Shown here piece by piece: positions 36,668-49,896 of a stretch of 61,488 nt of DNA. Location of the stretch: the NCBI RefSeq assembly GCF_001194135.2, contig NC_068986.1, positions 52,603,800 to 52,665,287 of the forward strand, given 5' to 3'. The notes under the pieces were generated by a model, which ran no database searches, had not been told where the DNA came from, and saw only the letters and a program-made list of their open reading frames with translations. Within the stretch, counting starts at the first letter, position 1. Each line of letters starts with the position of its first letter. Source of the stretch: Octopus bimaculoides (lineage: Eukaryota). The position numbers were made by a program, and so were the translations under genes.

Positions 36668-36898
36668 GAATATAATCGACTGTTTCCTCTCACCAACATC
36701 AACAATGAAAAGGTTATTCCAGAGTTGGGAATCTTATTTACATTAACCCCTACAATAATTCCATCAAGTTTACCAATATCCTCGTCATTATCGTCAATAT
36801 TTATATCTTCCTCCTCAGCCCCTACGACATTTATCGAATCTCTTACTATTGTTGTAACCGCAACAAAGTAAAATAAATTGAAATAAGAGTACAAAATA

Positions 36899-37280
36899 GG
36901 CGCAGAGGTGTTTATGTGGTAAGACATTTGCTTCCCAACCATATAGTTACGGCTTCTGTCCCACTGCCTGGCACCTTGGGCAAGTGTCGTCTACTAAAGC
37001 CTCGAACAGACCTTGTGAGTGGACTTGTTAGACGGAAATTGAAAGAAGCTAATTGTATAGGTGTGTGCGTGTGTGTGAGTGGATTGGGAGCGAACACCAC
37101 CCCGTGGCAACCAGCATTAATTTAATCATGTCCCCTAACTTAGCGGTCCAGTACAAGATACCGATCGAATAAGTAATGCACTTGAAAAATAAATACTTGT
37201 GTAGCCTCGTTCGATTAAAACAGCTGCAAGGCGGTTCCCGATCATAGCTGCAATCGAATGACTGGAACAAAAAGATGAAG
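36899..37280 (+). mobile_element. SINE family C, full length
   Basis: tRNA-like head, GGCACCTTGGGCAAGTGTC domain, GACGGAAATTGAAAGAAGC, internal (TG)n and 3' GATACCGATCGAATAAGTA...GAATGACTGGAAC. Confidence 0.8.
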
Positions 37281-37632
37281 GTATTGTTACCACCACTACC
37301 ACCGTCGCCACTACAAAATTATATTACCACTAAGATGTTCGATGCAGCCAAATCTTGTTCAATCAACATCCAAGAACAACACAAATAATTTCGATGAATA
37401 AACTATCTATATAATCAGAACATTTGTCACAAGTAACATTCAGACAGACAGTATCTCTTATTAGCAACTACTACAACAACCCAACGAGGGAGCCACTTCA
37501 CGGTTGCTAGATATGCTAGGAATACCTTGCAATATGCTTCAAATCATGCAGGAAAGAGAATGACAGCTGTCGATACGCCTGAAAAGAGCGCGACACGTCT
37601 ACTGGATTAGGTTTGACCCAGAGCTATATATA

Positions 37633-37877
37633 CAACTCAAAAAGGCAAAATTTACTGCTGCATTCAACTGGAGATAATATCACCCTATTTTTAAAAACAA
37701 ACTGTGCTGGCAGTGAATACATGTACTGACAACGCTCAACAAGGCAGAAATGCATATCTATGATTCTCACCAACCACAGCTGGAACATTTTCGACTGCTA
37801 CCAATATAGTCTGTTCTTAAAAGCAGCGTGATATTATCACCGGGTCAATGCAGCAGTAAATTTGCCTTTTCGTGATG
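37633..37877. mobile_element. TA-flanked MITE, 245 bp, ~65-bp TIRs
   Basis: Left CAACTCAAAAAGGCAAAATTTACTGCTGCATTCAACTGGAGATAATATCACCCTATTTTTAAAAAC vs reverse complement of the right end CATCACGAAAAGGCAAATTTACTGCTGCATTGACCCGGTGATAATATCACGCTGCTTTTAAGAAC; TA at 37631-32 and 37878-79. Confidence 0.8.
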
Positions 37878-38024
37878 TATTTACATTCAGTAACATACAC
37901 GGTTTGCTATACTAAATATGCTAATCTAATACTGCTTCTCTTACATATAACGGATGTGTGTGTGCGCGCACGTGTGTGTGTGTGTATGAATATGTGTATA
38001 TATGAATATGTGTATATATGTTGT

Positions 38025-38205
38025 GCCTGTATTTCAAAGGGCCAGCCTTGTGACATTCTGTGTCATTCTGAATCTCCATGAGAACTACGTTAAGAGTACA
38101 CGTTTTTGTGGAGTGCTCAGCCACTTGCACGTTAATTTCGCAAGCAGGCTGTTCTATTGATCGGCACAGCTGGAACGCTCAGTATCGTAACCGACGGAGT
38201 GCTTA
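38025..38205 (+). mobile_element. SINE family B, 3' body
   Basis: TGTATTTCAAAGGGCCAGCCTTGT...GAATCTCCATGAGAACTACGTTAAG aligns with 42935-43097. Confidence 0.8.
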
Positions 38206-38638
38206 TATATATGAGAAGTTATGATAAACACCAGCTGGTATCATGTCTTCCTTATCTCCATTTCAATCTTGTGATTGCTTGGAGCCAAAGCATAGGATTT
38301 CCCCACTTAATTACTACAGACATCTCAGTAACGTAATGCAGTAAAGTGTTCCATTGATGCTCTCCCTTGTGGCCAAACATTCAATTGCACTCGGAATCTC
38401 CAATGCTGTGATTCCAAACAACCACAAGGGTAACGTTAACGTATAGAAAAAATGATATGAGCAGATGTCTATCATAAGTTATCCTATGTTTGATATGTAT
38501 ACCGATACGGGTAATATTACTAATTATAGTGGTAGCCTAAATATAATTCAAGAAGACTGTAGGACAATAATCTACGTGGGGCTCTAAACTCAACAGTAGC
38601 AAGTTGCACATGTAAATGGATACACAAGATATATACAT

Positions 38639-38702
<64 letters not shown>

Positions 38703-39942
38703 TTACTACTCAAGTAGTAAATATATAAGCAGATTTAACTTAACTATTTTTCTGTAGATTGAAAAGGAATGATGAAGAGACTTAATCGATTTCCGAACCC
38801 CATGTTCTCTCCAAATGTTTCTGCATCAATTTCACAAATCTCAGAGAAATAAGCAGACAACTCCAGTAGCTACAAAGAATTGGAGCTACAAATTTGCATG
38901 CCGTAAGCATTAACACATTAATATCAGGTGGCTATCAACGGGGATATTAGTCCATATAGTATCAAGGTTTGGTATAATATGTCAGCTATAAAGTAGATAT
39001 ATAGAGATGATGGCTGATTTAGTTATTTCTCCGTAGATTGAAATAATGATGAACAGCCCTAGTTGATTTCAGGACCCAATTAGATTCTAATTAGACGTGT
39101 CTGTATCAATTCGGCCAATCCCAACAGATCGGTTTACATACCCAATAATTTCAGTAGCTAAGAGAACGAGGTTGAGTTCTATGGGATTTGAACTTACATC
39201 GCAGATAAAAACGCAGAAGAAAAAAATTAATGCAAGTTATTTTTATTTCATCCAAAGCCGTAACGATTCTGCCATAGAATCACCACGATAGATACACTAC
39301 ATCAATCAAAACAGGAAAGAAAAAAAGACGGCATGTTATAACAGAGATGTTTCCGATCACAGGTCAGCTCGAGCAGAGCTGAGCTAGAGATAAACAATTA
39401 ACTACAGCCAGCAGCACTATAACAGAAAGCTTGAGAAAACCTTTATCTGTGTGTTCTTTCAGTGTAAGGCCAAGGCTACAATAACCTATTGTTAATAAAT
39501 GGTATTTGTGTTATAACACACTGATAATGGGTCCATACAAGAACAACAAAACGGTTATTATCGAATGCTCCGAGCGGAAGTTGGCCGGATGGATGTACAG
39601 AAGGGTGATTCAGCTCGCAAGATCACGCATAATCTTCACTCAAATTATTTATTGGTCATTGTACTCTCAACTCTTGTTTCTCTCTTTTTCTATCTCTCTC
39701 TCTCTCTCTCTCTCTCTGTTAGTGACTCTCCATCTTTATCGCTTTCTCTCTGTTTATTTCTATCTGCATTTCTCTTTCATTGTACTTCTGTTATTAAGTT
39801 GTTACAGCCTTCTTAGTTTCACGTGCTTCGCCATTTTTAATTTGTATGTATTTTATCCACCTTATTTCGTTAAACTATATGTTTACATTCATACATAAAC
39901 AGTATACATATACAGATACACGCACACGCACGCATATTTACA

Positions 39943-40012
<70 letters not shown>

Positions 40013-40339
40013 NNNNNNNNNNNNNNNNNNNNNNNNNNNNNNNNNNNNNNNNNNNNNNNNNNNNNNNNNNNNNNNNNNNNNNNNNNNNNNNNNNNNNNNN
40101 NNNNNNNNNNNNNNNNNNNNNNNNNNNNNNNNNNNNNNNNNNNNNNNNNNNNNNNNNNNNNNNNNNNNNNNNNNNNNNNNNNNNNNNNNNNNNNNNNNNN
40201 NNNNNNNNNNNNNNNNNNNNNNNNNNNNNNNNNNNNNNNNNNNNNNNNNNNNNNNNNNNNNNNNNNNNNNNNNNNNNNNNNNNNNNNNNNNNNNNNNNNN
40301 NNNNNNNNNNNNNNNNNNNNNNNNNNNNNNNNNNNNNNN

Positions 40340-40372
<33 letters not shown>

Positions 40373-40531
40373 AGAACAAGTAGAAAGATATATGTATTGT
40401 TTTAAAATACATTTTAGCGCTTCAAAAGCAAACTTATGTTTGTTTACATATGATGTAATATATATGACATCTAGCGTTTCTGGATGACTTTATAACTACT
40501 AAAATTGCAGAAGATTTCGCCGGTCGAATAA

Positions 40532-40606
40532 GCAGTTTAGCTTAAAGGGTAGAGTGCTGCAACCGAATATTGGAGGGGTGTGAGTTCGATACTCATGGCT
40601 GGTTGC
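40532..40606 (+). pseudogene. tRNA-like relic or orphan SINE head
   Basis: A-box-like TAGCTTAAAGGGTAGAG and B box GTTCGATAC at tRNA spacing; acceptor and anticodon stems do not pair convincingly. Confidence 0.5.
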
Positions 40607-40739
40607 CGGGAAGTTTTCTGATCTAAAAAGGATTTTATTTTTATATATACTGTTCAGTATTTACGTGTTGAAAAAATATATCTTCCTATTTGTTTTATAT
40701 ATTTGTATATGCATATACATATGTGCGTGTGAGTGTGTG

Positions 40740-40890
40740 TGTGTGTGCCACTATTTGTCTTTTCATAATCGCAAGACAACCAGTGCTGGTGCGTTTATGT
40801 CCGCGTGATCTAGTGGTTCGGCAAAAAGACTGATAGAAAATATGTCCTGGAGTCGATTTGTTCGACTAAAATCCTTCAAGGCAGTGCTCT
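40740..40890 (+). mobile_element. SINE family C, 3' half
   Basis: ATCGCAAGACAACCAGTGCTGGTGCGTTTATGTCC...CCTGGAGTCGATTTGTTCGACTAAAATCCTTCAAGGCAGTGCTC, followed by (AGAT)n. Confidence 0.75.
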
Positions 40891-40892
40891 AC

Positions 40893-40932
<40 letters not shown>

Positions 40933-41350
40933 GACTCCGTAAGGCTATTCAGATATAAACTAAAGGCATTCGGGAAACAAATATAATATACTAACTACAT
41001 TGTTTTCACATGTTTTAGAAACATTTTTAAGCGTACGTTCTGAAGTTTGTTAATTCAAATTGGGTTTACCTACCAAAAAGATAGAATTAATAGACAACAT
41101 TAATTGTAATTTTTTTATGAAGAAAAATGCATTACAATTATATATAACAAAATGAACAAACCACAAAGTACCAGCAATATCTCAAACGAAGAAGCTGAAA
41201 CTCTAATCATAAATAAAGCATTTTGCAAATGCGTATTCCATAGTTCTTACTATGCAGGTGAAAAAAGATATTTGTAGGAATATTCTGTAAATATTATAAG
41301 AATGCAGTAGTACAAGAGATATATTGTCACTAATGTCTACATTATATATG

Positions 41351-41399
<49 letters not shown>

Positions 41400-41577
41400 G
41401 CACACACACACACACTTATATATGTTACAACTAGACATTTAATAGTACCTATTGGCATAGAGTTACCTAATCAGAGATGCATACATTGCTGTGTAGATAA
41501 GAAGTTTGCTCGCTGGTATATGATTTGGATTTCAATTCCACAGCTTGAACAAACGACTTGCACACGCACTCATAAAC

Positions 41578-41615
<38 letters not shown>

Positions 41616-42793
41616 TTATTTATACATACATACATACATACATACATACTTATATACATACATACATACATACATGCGTATGTGCGTACATGTGCATATT
41701 CATGTATATGTATGTATCTACGTATTTATCACTCTCCCTATATAACGTATGTTTCTTTAAATGTAAAAACGAAAGTTGTCAGATAATGCTAGATATAGAT
41801 ACTTTGGTAAGATATGAGGGAATGATCCTTAAAGTTAATTATTAACAAAAAACGGATCAAAAACTAAATTAAATCACTTTTAATCACCATATTTAAACCC
41901 GACAGAATCCAGTGCAGAGCACTGTGTTAGCAGTATTCTAAGTATTGGAAAAATGCCTTTACGTTCTGAGTTTCTCTGTGCTGACACTAGGGCCACAGAG
42001 TGTTGGACAATACTGGTGCCCTGTAGAAGCGAGATTCTCATCTAGGCAACTGTTGGCCATCCATGACACAAAATTTGTTAGGCCTGCACATTAGAAAATG
42101 CAGATTTGGATAATCTCTTGATACAAACATATAGTAGAATTTGAGTGACTAAAGCGTTAGATCTTAATCCAGTATGAGCCTACGAGAATCTGGATAATGT
42201 AGCCTAGGTGTAATATCTTCTAGTATAAGTTATCTCGATGATTACCAACCTGGAATTAAACAACTACTACAATAAAAACAACGACCTCAACCAAAAAGTA
42301 ACAAGAGCAGAAGAAATAAATTCAAAGTGCATTAAAGCACACGAACAAGAGAGTCGGGACTGATAAAATTACAAGCACATAAACCATTAAGAGCTTAAAG
42401 GAATATTTGCACTTGCTAACATCTTCACCTATTTGTGTCAATAATATAAAATGTCCATAATACGAAGACTAGAAAATGTTTCACAATTTTAAAATCTAAC
42501 TAAAATCCTACTAAAGCAGTGTCACATATATCGTGTACTTTTTTATTGTTATTTTCAAAGCGTTTGGAAATACTCATCCTGGATGACATCAGTCCAGTTA
42601 CTCGGCCCTCCAATTCACATTCAAAATTTAAAATACACTCCCAACCACTGCGCTAACCATTGAAGTATAATATGGAATACACGAAGAAACTTTTTAAAAG
42701 ATCACACACATGCACCACCATAGTTTTCAATGATGTCATCAGCAAAGCTTCCGATCACGTCCTTTGCTAAACTCCATATAAACATATAACTAA

Positions 42794-43097
42794 ACGCGGC
42801 TTAATTGTTAGAGTATTCGGCTCATGATTATAAGGTTGCGAGTTCGATTCCTGACGGCACGTTTTGTGTTCTTGAGCATGACACTTTATTTCAGGATGAT
42901 CCAGTCCACTCAACTGGCAAAAATGAATATTACTTGTATTTCAAAGGACCGGCCTTGTCAAATTTTGTGTCATGTTGAATCTCCATGAGAACTACGTTTA
43001 AGGTTATGCGTATCTGCGTTATGCGTTCAGCCACGAGTAGGCTGTTCCACTGATCGGGTCAACCGTAACACTCGCAGTCTTAACTGATGGAGTGCGA
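42794..43097 (+). mobile_element. SINE family B, full length
   Basis: Head CGCGGCTTAATTGTTAGAG...GAGTTCGATTCC, central TTGAGCATGACACTT...CCAGTCCACTCAACTGGC, and 3' body as at 38025. Confidence 0.85.
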
Positions 43098-43622
43098 GTT
43101 AATATATGCAAAACGCAACACAAATCGTTGGAAAACAAGAAAACTACCGGCTAACAATCTCAGATCGCCAACCCGCGGAGTAAAAGATCAGCCAGGAGTT
43201 GCAATTTTCGAAATAGAGAGCTACAATGATTCGTCCTTTACCACAACCTTCTTAATGTCTTCAAACCTCCTCAAAACATATACGTGTCGTGATCTCTCGA
43301 CTTGTAACAAGGTTAGTGATATGTTATTGATTGAATTGAATTGAATATATAGCATTACTTATCTCTTAATTCGGAAGGTTATGCGCACATAAGGTTGCCG
43401 TTTATATTCCCTATCGATCTCACTAATGGAATAAACAACAACAAAAAAAGTAAATACATTTTTTTTTATGTTTATGTCCCCGTTTGAAATGGCCGATATG
43501 ACTTTTCCAAGATGCAATTATAATAGTTGTTTTAAGGTGCCCTTTTAGAGCGATTCTCGTTCCGAACACTTTCAAAAAGGGTGTCAGGTCTTATATATGC
43601 ACACACACACACTCACACACAC

Positions 43623-43659
<37 letters not shown>

Positions 43660-43673
43660 CACACACACGCCCG

Positions 43674-43761
<88 letters not shown>

Positions 43762-45762
43762 CTATATATATATATAACTTATATATAGATATGTGTATGT
43801 ATGGAGCAATATGTGAACGAATGCTGCGGGGCTTCAAGTACAGTAATGAAGACAACGGTAATGGAACCACCAGAGAATGCAAGTTATAGTAATGGCACTT
43901 AATGTATAAGTTGATTAAGCAATGTATAAAAAGATTCGGTAGCAGTTCGAAATGTTTTTTCTCATTTTACATTTGCTACTCACTGATATCAATAGATTTT
44001 TGATTTCACATTGGCTCCTTCTTCTTCTCTTCTAATTTTCCATTCTTTCGCAATACTAGGGTATGTAATGTAATTCACTTATCTACATTGAATTTTTCAA
44101 TAAACGCTTTCAAATATCAGATTACGTAAGACAGAGCCTCGTGTTTAAAGAATCGAGTAATGTGAAGCACTTCGGTTAAACAGAGTTTGCATGATTCGTG
44201 TTTGTTTCATCACCACTAAATATATACAATCGATGTGTGTTCACAGTGTTTGATGACTTTGCTTTGCGATTGTTTATGGTTTCGGTGATTATTATCAGCT
44301 TTGCTCTGCCAGAAAATCGGAATAAAGATTTTGTTGTTTAATTTTGAAACGAATGAATAGAATCACTTGCGCATTCAAAACCGAAATTTTAGAAACCAGG
44401 ATATACATACTTACGAAAATGTCCCGACAATTCAAAGCGTTGAATATTGAATATTTACAGAAAATTTTATATTACATGCAGTTCTTTTTGAATATACATG
44501 GATAGGAATTCAGTTTGTATTCTGTCTCTGATTATTTATCAGAACCAGAAAATATAGGACTGGTTCTGACAAATATTACTCTGACTGGTCGTAACTTTAA
44601 CTCGTCGTTGCTGACCATTGACACTAATACAGATGAGGAGAAATGTCGATTTTCCACTGTCGATATAATCAATTTTCAGTTCTTTAGCTGGAAGAATATT
44701 TTCCAGAGCTTCAGAAATAAGAGAGTGGAAGAGAAGAAAATATGCACAGAGCAGCAAAGCGGCTGAATGCTTGCTGCAAAGTGGAGGCGATAAAATTGCC
44801 GACAAGTCATATCTACTACATGTTAATAAAAATTATACCTAATAGGAGCTTCCATACCGTTTTTTTGTGAAGTAAATTCTTCGGCGCTCTCAGGCAATGG
44901 TAGACGATACTTTCTAAAAGTGGCGTGCGTTGAGATCGAAGCGAAAACCATGTAGTTGCAAAGAAAACTTCTGAACACACAGTCACACTTCTAGATATTG
45001 TCATTTATCACTAAGTTTATCTGTTTTGTTTTCTGCTTTATGTATTTCCAGTTGCATTTTCAAGCAATATATTATGTTTTTCCACCAGCAAAACCTAGGA
45101 TAAAAATTAATATTTATTTTGGATAGCGTTCTTTGTACATTCACTCTACCTATCAGCAACCCAGAACTGTGTTCCGCAACGTATGAGTATGTGTGTTATG
45201 TGTATATGTGTGTTTTCTCCGTATATGTTTGAAGGCGTCTGTGTCTGCGTATGTGTGAGCGTGTATATATATNNNNNNNNNNNNNNNNNNNNNNNNNNNN
45301 NNNNNNNNNNNNNNNNNNNNNNNNNNNNNNNNNNNNNNNNNNNNNNNNNNNNNNNNNNNNNNNNNNNNNNNNNNNNNNNNNNNNNNNNNNNNNNNNNNNN
45401 NNNNNNNNATATATATATATATATACACGTGTGTATGTTTGTGTGTGTATGTGCTCGTGGGTTTGTGTATTTATGATTCGTGTGTGTCTGAGTGCATTTA
45501 TGACGTGTTTGTGTGAGTGTGTGTGTACGTTCATGTGTGACACGTGTGTGTGTTTCTGTTGTAAATAGGGTACATATTTACTTTCAAACATGCTACATAA
45601 AATTCTCGACTATTTCCAAGTTAAATCTTATTTTCCTTTATTCAGGAATTGTCGTATTCCTCTAGTATCCTTCATGTTATGTTTGGAACTGTAACGTTCT
45701 TAAAATCCACTATGCTAACGTATCTCTAACTTCACAATCTCACTTCCAATATAACACTAGCC

Positions 45763-48165
45763 CAGTGGCTCCCAACCGATTTTTGGTCATGCCCCACCGA
45801 ATCATTTCTAAAATCCTGATACCCGCTTGCGATATTTAATTTTTGTTATTCAAAATTTTACTACTAATTACTTGGAAGAAGCTTAAAAGGCTCTTAACTT
45901 TGTCTCTAAACAAGCTTCCAAAGAACATGGCATTCATGAAACAGAAAAATAAAAAAGGAAGGAAAGTTAAATAAACTTTCAAAAACAAATGATAGAGAAC
46001 TGAAATGCAGAAATATAAAATATTTGATTATAAAATCAGTAAACTAAAGTTAGTGAGATCCCAGTGCTTCATGCCTGCTACAGAGAGATTTTATATTAGG
46101 CGCCAATTTAGCCAGTTTTAGTCTCATTCTCCTCGTTTAGCGATGTCCAGTCCATTTCTTTTCTTCTATAACAAATCATTTACAGAGCTAAAGCCACATT
46201 CAGTTAAATGTGAAGATAGGAACGGTAAAAACAATTTTCTTGCAAAGTTGGTTGAATTTGAGTATTTTGTTTCTGTCTCATCACAAAGCCATGACATCAC
46301 TCCTTTTATATTGAATAAAGTTTTAACTGACTCATCATTTTGGATTTCCGAGAGTTCTTCTTGGTATTGTATCGAAACATCAGATATATTCACTAGCATT
46401 GGCTGCATCAATCTATTTTAAATCAGAAAACCTTTCTTTCAAATCGGAGGCCAGTATTTCAGATGATCCACAATGACAAGTACAGCAGCATCGGTCACCA
46501 CACGTTTTTTTTTAGCCAATCAAACTGGCCAAAATTTTGTCAGAAATATTTTTTGACGTACCTCAATGAATGTAACAAAACCAAATACCTTCGTCTTTGC
46601 ATCAACAAGTTTTATTTGATCCTTGAAGCTATTTAACATATTCACTTTTCCAAAGATAATATATACTTTACCATCAACGGTTAGAAGGTGCGCTTCATTT
46701 CAGGTTTGTCACTTAAAAAGTCACTAAGAACATCAAATAGTTCCATAAATCTTGTCAAGTAATTTCTCTTTGAGAGCCTCCTCACCTCAGTTTGAAATAA
46801 AAGTCTCACATAATCTGCATTTTCACAAAACTGCTTGAAAAGACGCTCACATTTGGCATTAGCTTTGATAGCATTGATACATTTTATAACTGATTTTAGT
46901 ACCTCATTGAGAACAGGAGACATATTTTTGGATGCTAAGTTCTCTCTATGAACAACACAGTGCACAAGAAGCATTTCTGGATTCTCATTTTTCATCAACT
47001 TTAAGCAGCTTTTTTTCTTGTCGATCATAACAGGAGCACCACCTGCAGCACCAAATGTTATGTTCTTTATTGGTATATTGTTGACATGCAAGAAATTTTT
47101 TAGCTTATCATATATATCAGTGACGGTAGTGGTGGATTCTATTGATTTGCAGAAAATCATTTCTTCAGCAAATTCAACTTTTAACAATATATCTTGCATA
47201 AAACTTACATAAAACTTAGATATGTTTCAACCAAAGCTCCATCCAGGCCATCTGATAGGATTATCAAAAATCCTTTTTTAAGTCAAGATTTGTGTTATCA
47301 CGGTCCATTCGAGTAGGGAGTTCTTGTTGAATAAGTTGTATCCAAATACAGGTGACTTATCTGGTATTCTTTGAAGAAACTTGTCCAGATTCCGTTTAAA
47401 GGTGATGGGATCCTTTTACTCTTTGATCTGTTATTGGGACAATGTTAAATAGGGCAGGGCCTGTTGGGGAAAAGAAATTGTATTTATGTGTTGTGGTCCT
47501 GAATTGGGTATGGCCCGTGGTCCTAGCCTTGGATGAACTTTGAATCTAATGTTGAGGTCGTTAGCAATACAACATCGCTGTCTCTTAGAGTTGATTGAGC
47601 TATTTGTAGATCAATCTATTTTCTTGATTTAAGCCTTTCAACAAGTGTTTCAATATCTTCACTCATTTCATCTATTCTTCTCCTAACAGTATTGTTACTG
47701 AGTGGTATAGCTTATTGATAAATCTTTTCAATATCTTGGCGGTGTTAATACGGCTTGGCGGCTATTTTTTTTAATATTAAATTGGGACATAAAGGGTTTA
47801 TATTCCAAGTAATTAGAATATACCTGAAAAATAATTGAATAATTAAAAATTATTTAAAGAAGTATTCCAAATAAATATTTCTGGATAAGGAATATAAATG
47901 TCAACAACATTTTTATCTATACCTACATACTGTACATACACCGTATGTATAAACAGGCACATAGACTTGCAGAGACTCACTAGAAAATACTTCATTGCTA
48001 ATAACTCATTTTCGAATTACCCCCTTTGTCTATTGGTATAGTAAACAGAAGGGTTTACGTTCATTGTGTACAAGAGGCATAAATTCAACACAACCCAACG
48101 CATGCTCCACCAAAATATTATCATGCCCCTCTGGTGGAGCAGGCGCCCCACGTTGGGAATCACGG
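45763..48165 (-). mobile_element. hAT transposon, Buster/Charlie (ZBED5/SCAND3-like) group, full extent, inactivated
   Basis: TIRs CAGTGGCTCCCAACC and reverse complement CCGTGATTCCCAACG (11/15); identical 8-bp TSD CACTAGCC (nnnTAnnn) at 45755-62 and 48166-73. Relic peptides PLSNNTVRRRIDEMSEDIE, FAEEMIFCKS, VHCVVHRENLASK, QTEVRRLS and PFLSSHLTECGFSSV. Confidence 0.95.
47202..47559 (-). mobile_element. CR1/L2-like LINE 3' fragment inserted in the Buster element
   Basis: Interrupts the Buster peptide VLLT|YARYI; translates as DLNIRFKVHPRLGPRAI...GPALFNIVP...KDPITFKRNLDKFLQRIPDK; ends in a short tandem tail (TAAGTTTTATG)x2. Confidence 0.75.
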
Positions 48166-49016
48166 CACTAGCCCTTCCTTTATTAACTACACACAAAATG
48201 AAAGGAAAAGGTAAAATTATGTGGATATTAATTCGAGTCCACCTTATTGCTAACTTTTCTGCCGGACCTTCGATATAAGGATATATCACTGAGCTACTTT
48301 CAAATACAAATTCTTGCCCGGTACCTAGCGCTACTCTTTGTAATGTAGAATAGAGGGAAGAGTCCCTACAGAACAATTTTAACCCCAAATACATCAATGC
48401 ACGGCAGTGGGAATATCATTTCAGTAGAATGCCCAAGTTACAGACAGTCACATCCGCGAAGACTGACTAACGAACGAACAAGCCATAAGTTATGATTTCA
48501 TATTCTTTTCTCCTATCATTGAGGGAGGTACAGCAAAGAGCTATTTTTCTACCCCCGACTATGCTATAAGTAATGTAAAATAACGAAAGAATCTTCACAA
48601 TACAAAACATTCAGTACTGTCGTTTACTCTTTCTTTTACTTCATCCTTAATGACGAACAAACACACGAGATGAATCTACAGGTCATGCTAATCAGAAATA
48701 TAATCATTGTAGCACTCATTCATTGGAAAGTGAGTTTGATTGATTAAGTAATTTCAAAATATTTCACCATGCATTATCGTTGAAGAATGTTTTATTTAGC
48801 AGTAGTAAATGTTTATTTATGTTTATGTATTATTGATGATTGTGTACCACTGGTACATTTGCAGTTCAAACGCGGGCGAAGGGAGAGAGGCGATAGTGAT
48901 GGAAAACAGTTTCAATGTTTGACCAATTTTCGAAGATTGTCCAAAGAGTAAATATTTATAGGCACACACACAAGGACTTAATTTCATTGACATAAATAAA
49001 TAGATACAAACATAGT

Positions 49017-49057
<41 letters not shown>

Positions 49058-49680
49058 GAACCTAAATGTATATATGTATATAACAATATATGTACTTCTA
49101 TATATGTATCTTTACATATGTGTATATCAAGTGTATGTCAAAAGAAAGAGTAAAAACGGGAGAATAATGTGTGTGTGTGTGTGTCTGTTTTCGTTTATTA
49201 ACATGAAGCTAAATTACTGCATTAAGAATTCCATTAACGAGTCTATATTTGCATTCACACAGGGCACTACGTACTTAGATACATTTAAATGTTATAAGTA
49301 TTTGTGTGTATATATATGTATGTATGTATGTATGTATATATGTATGATTTATGCATCCATGCTTGCATGCATGTATGTGTGTATGTATCTAAGCGTGGAT
49401 GTATCTATGTATTATATACGTATACATATGTATATATGGGCAGGTGGTGTCTGTAAATCTGCGTATATGTCGTATGAAAGCGTGTGTTCAGAAAATTTAC
49501 ATTCAGTGTTTTTAGTAATATAACTTCCACTGTCATTTGTTGTGAACCCTAAATGATACATTTCTTGATGTGAATTCATTAAGTGTATATCAACTCTTAA
49601 TATTGAGTACAGATTTTCTTATTTCAGAATGTGTTTCCATCTATCATGGTAAAACGTTATACGTGGTTATGCGTACACAG

Positions 49681-49771
<91 letters not shown>

Positions 49772-49896
49772 CATACATATAAGTAGTTGCTTCTACAAAC
49801 GATTTATGTAAATAAGTGCACCTAATAGAAAAATGAAGATGGTTGGTCATATGTACCAGTACGCTTGAAATAAGAATCTATACCTTTTTATATATA

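Noticed and set aside
40532-40606. Functional tRNA gene
   Set aside because: A and B boxes are present but there is no consistent cloverleaf; treated as a relic or SINE head.
44644-44664. IDSGKST on the minus strand, resembling the GHVDSGKST P-loop of EF1A-family GTPases
   Set aside because: The first Gly is absent (DYIDSGKST) and the flanking similarity is too weak.
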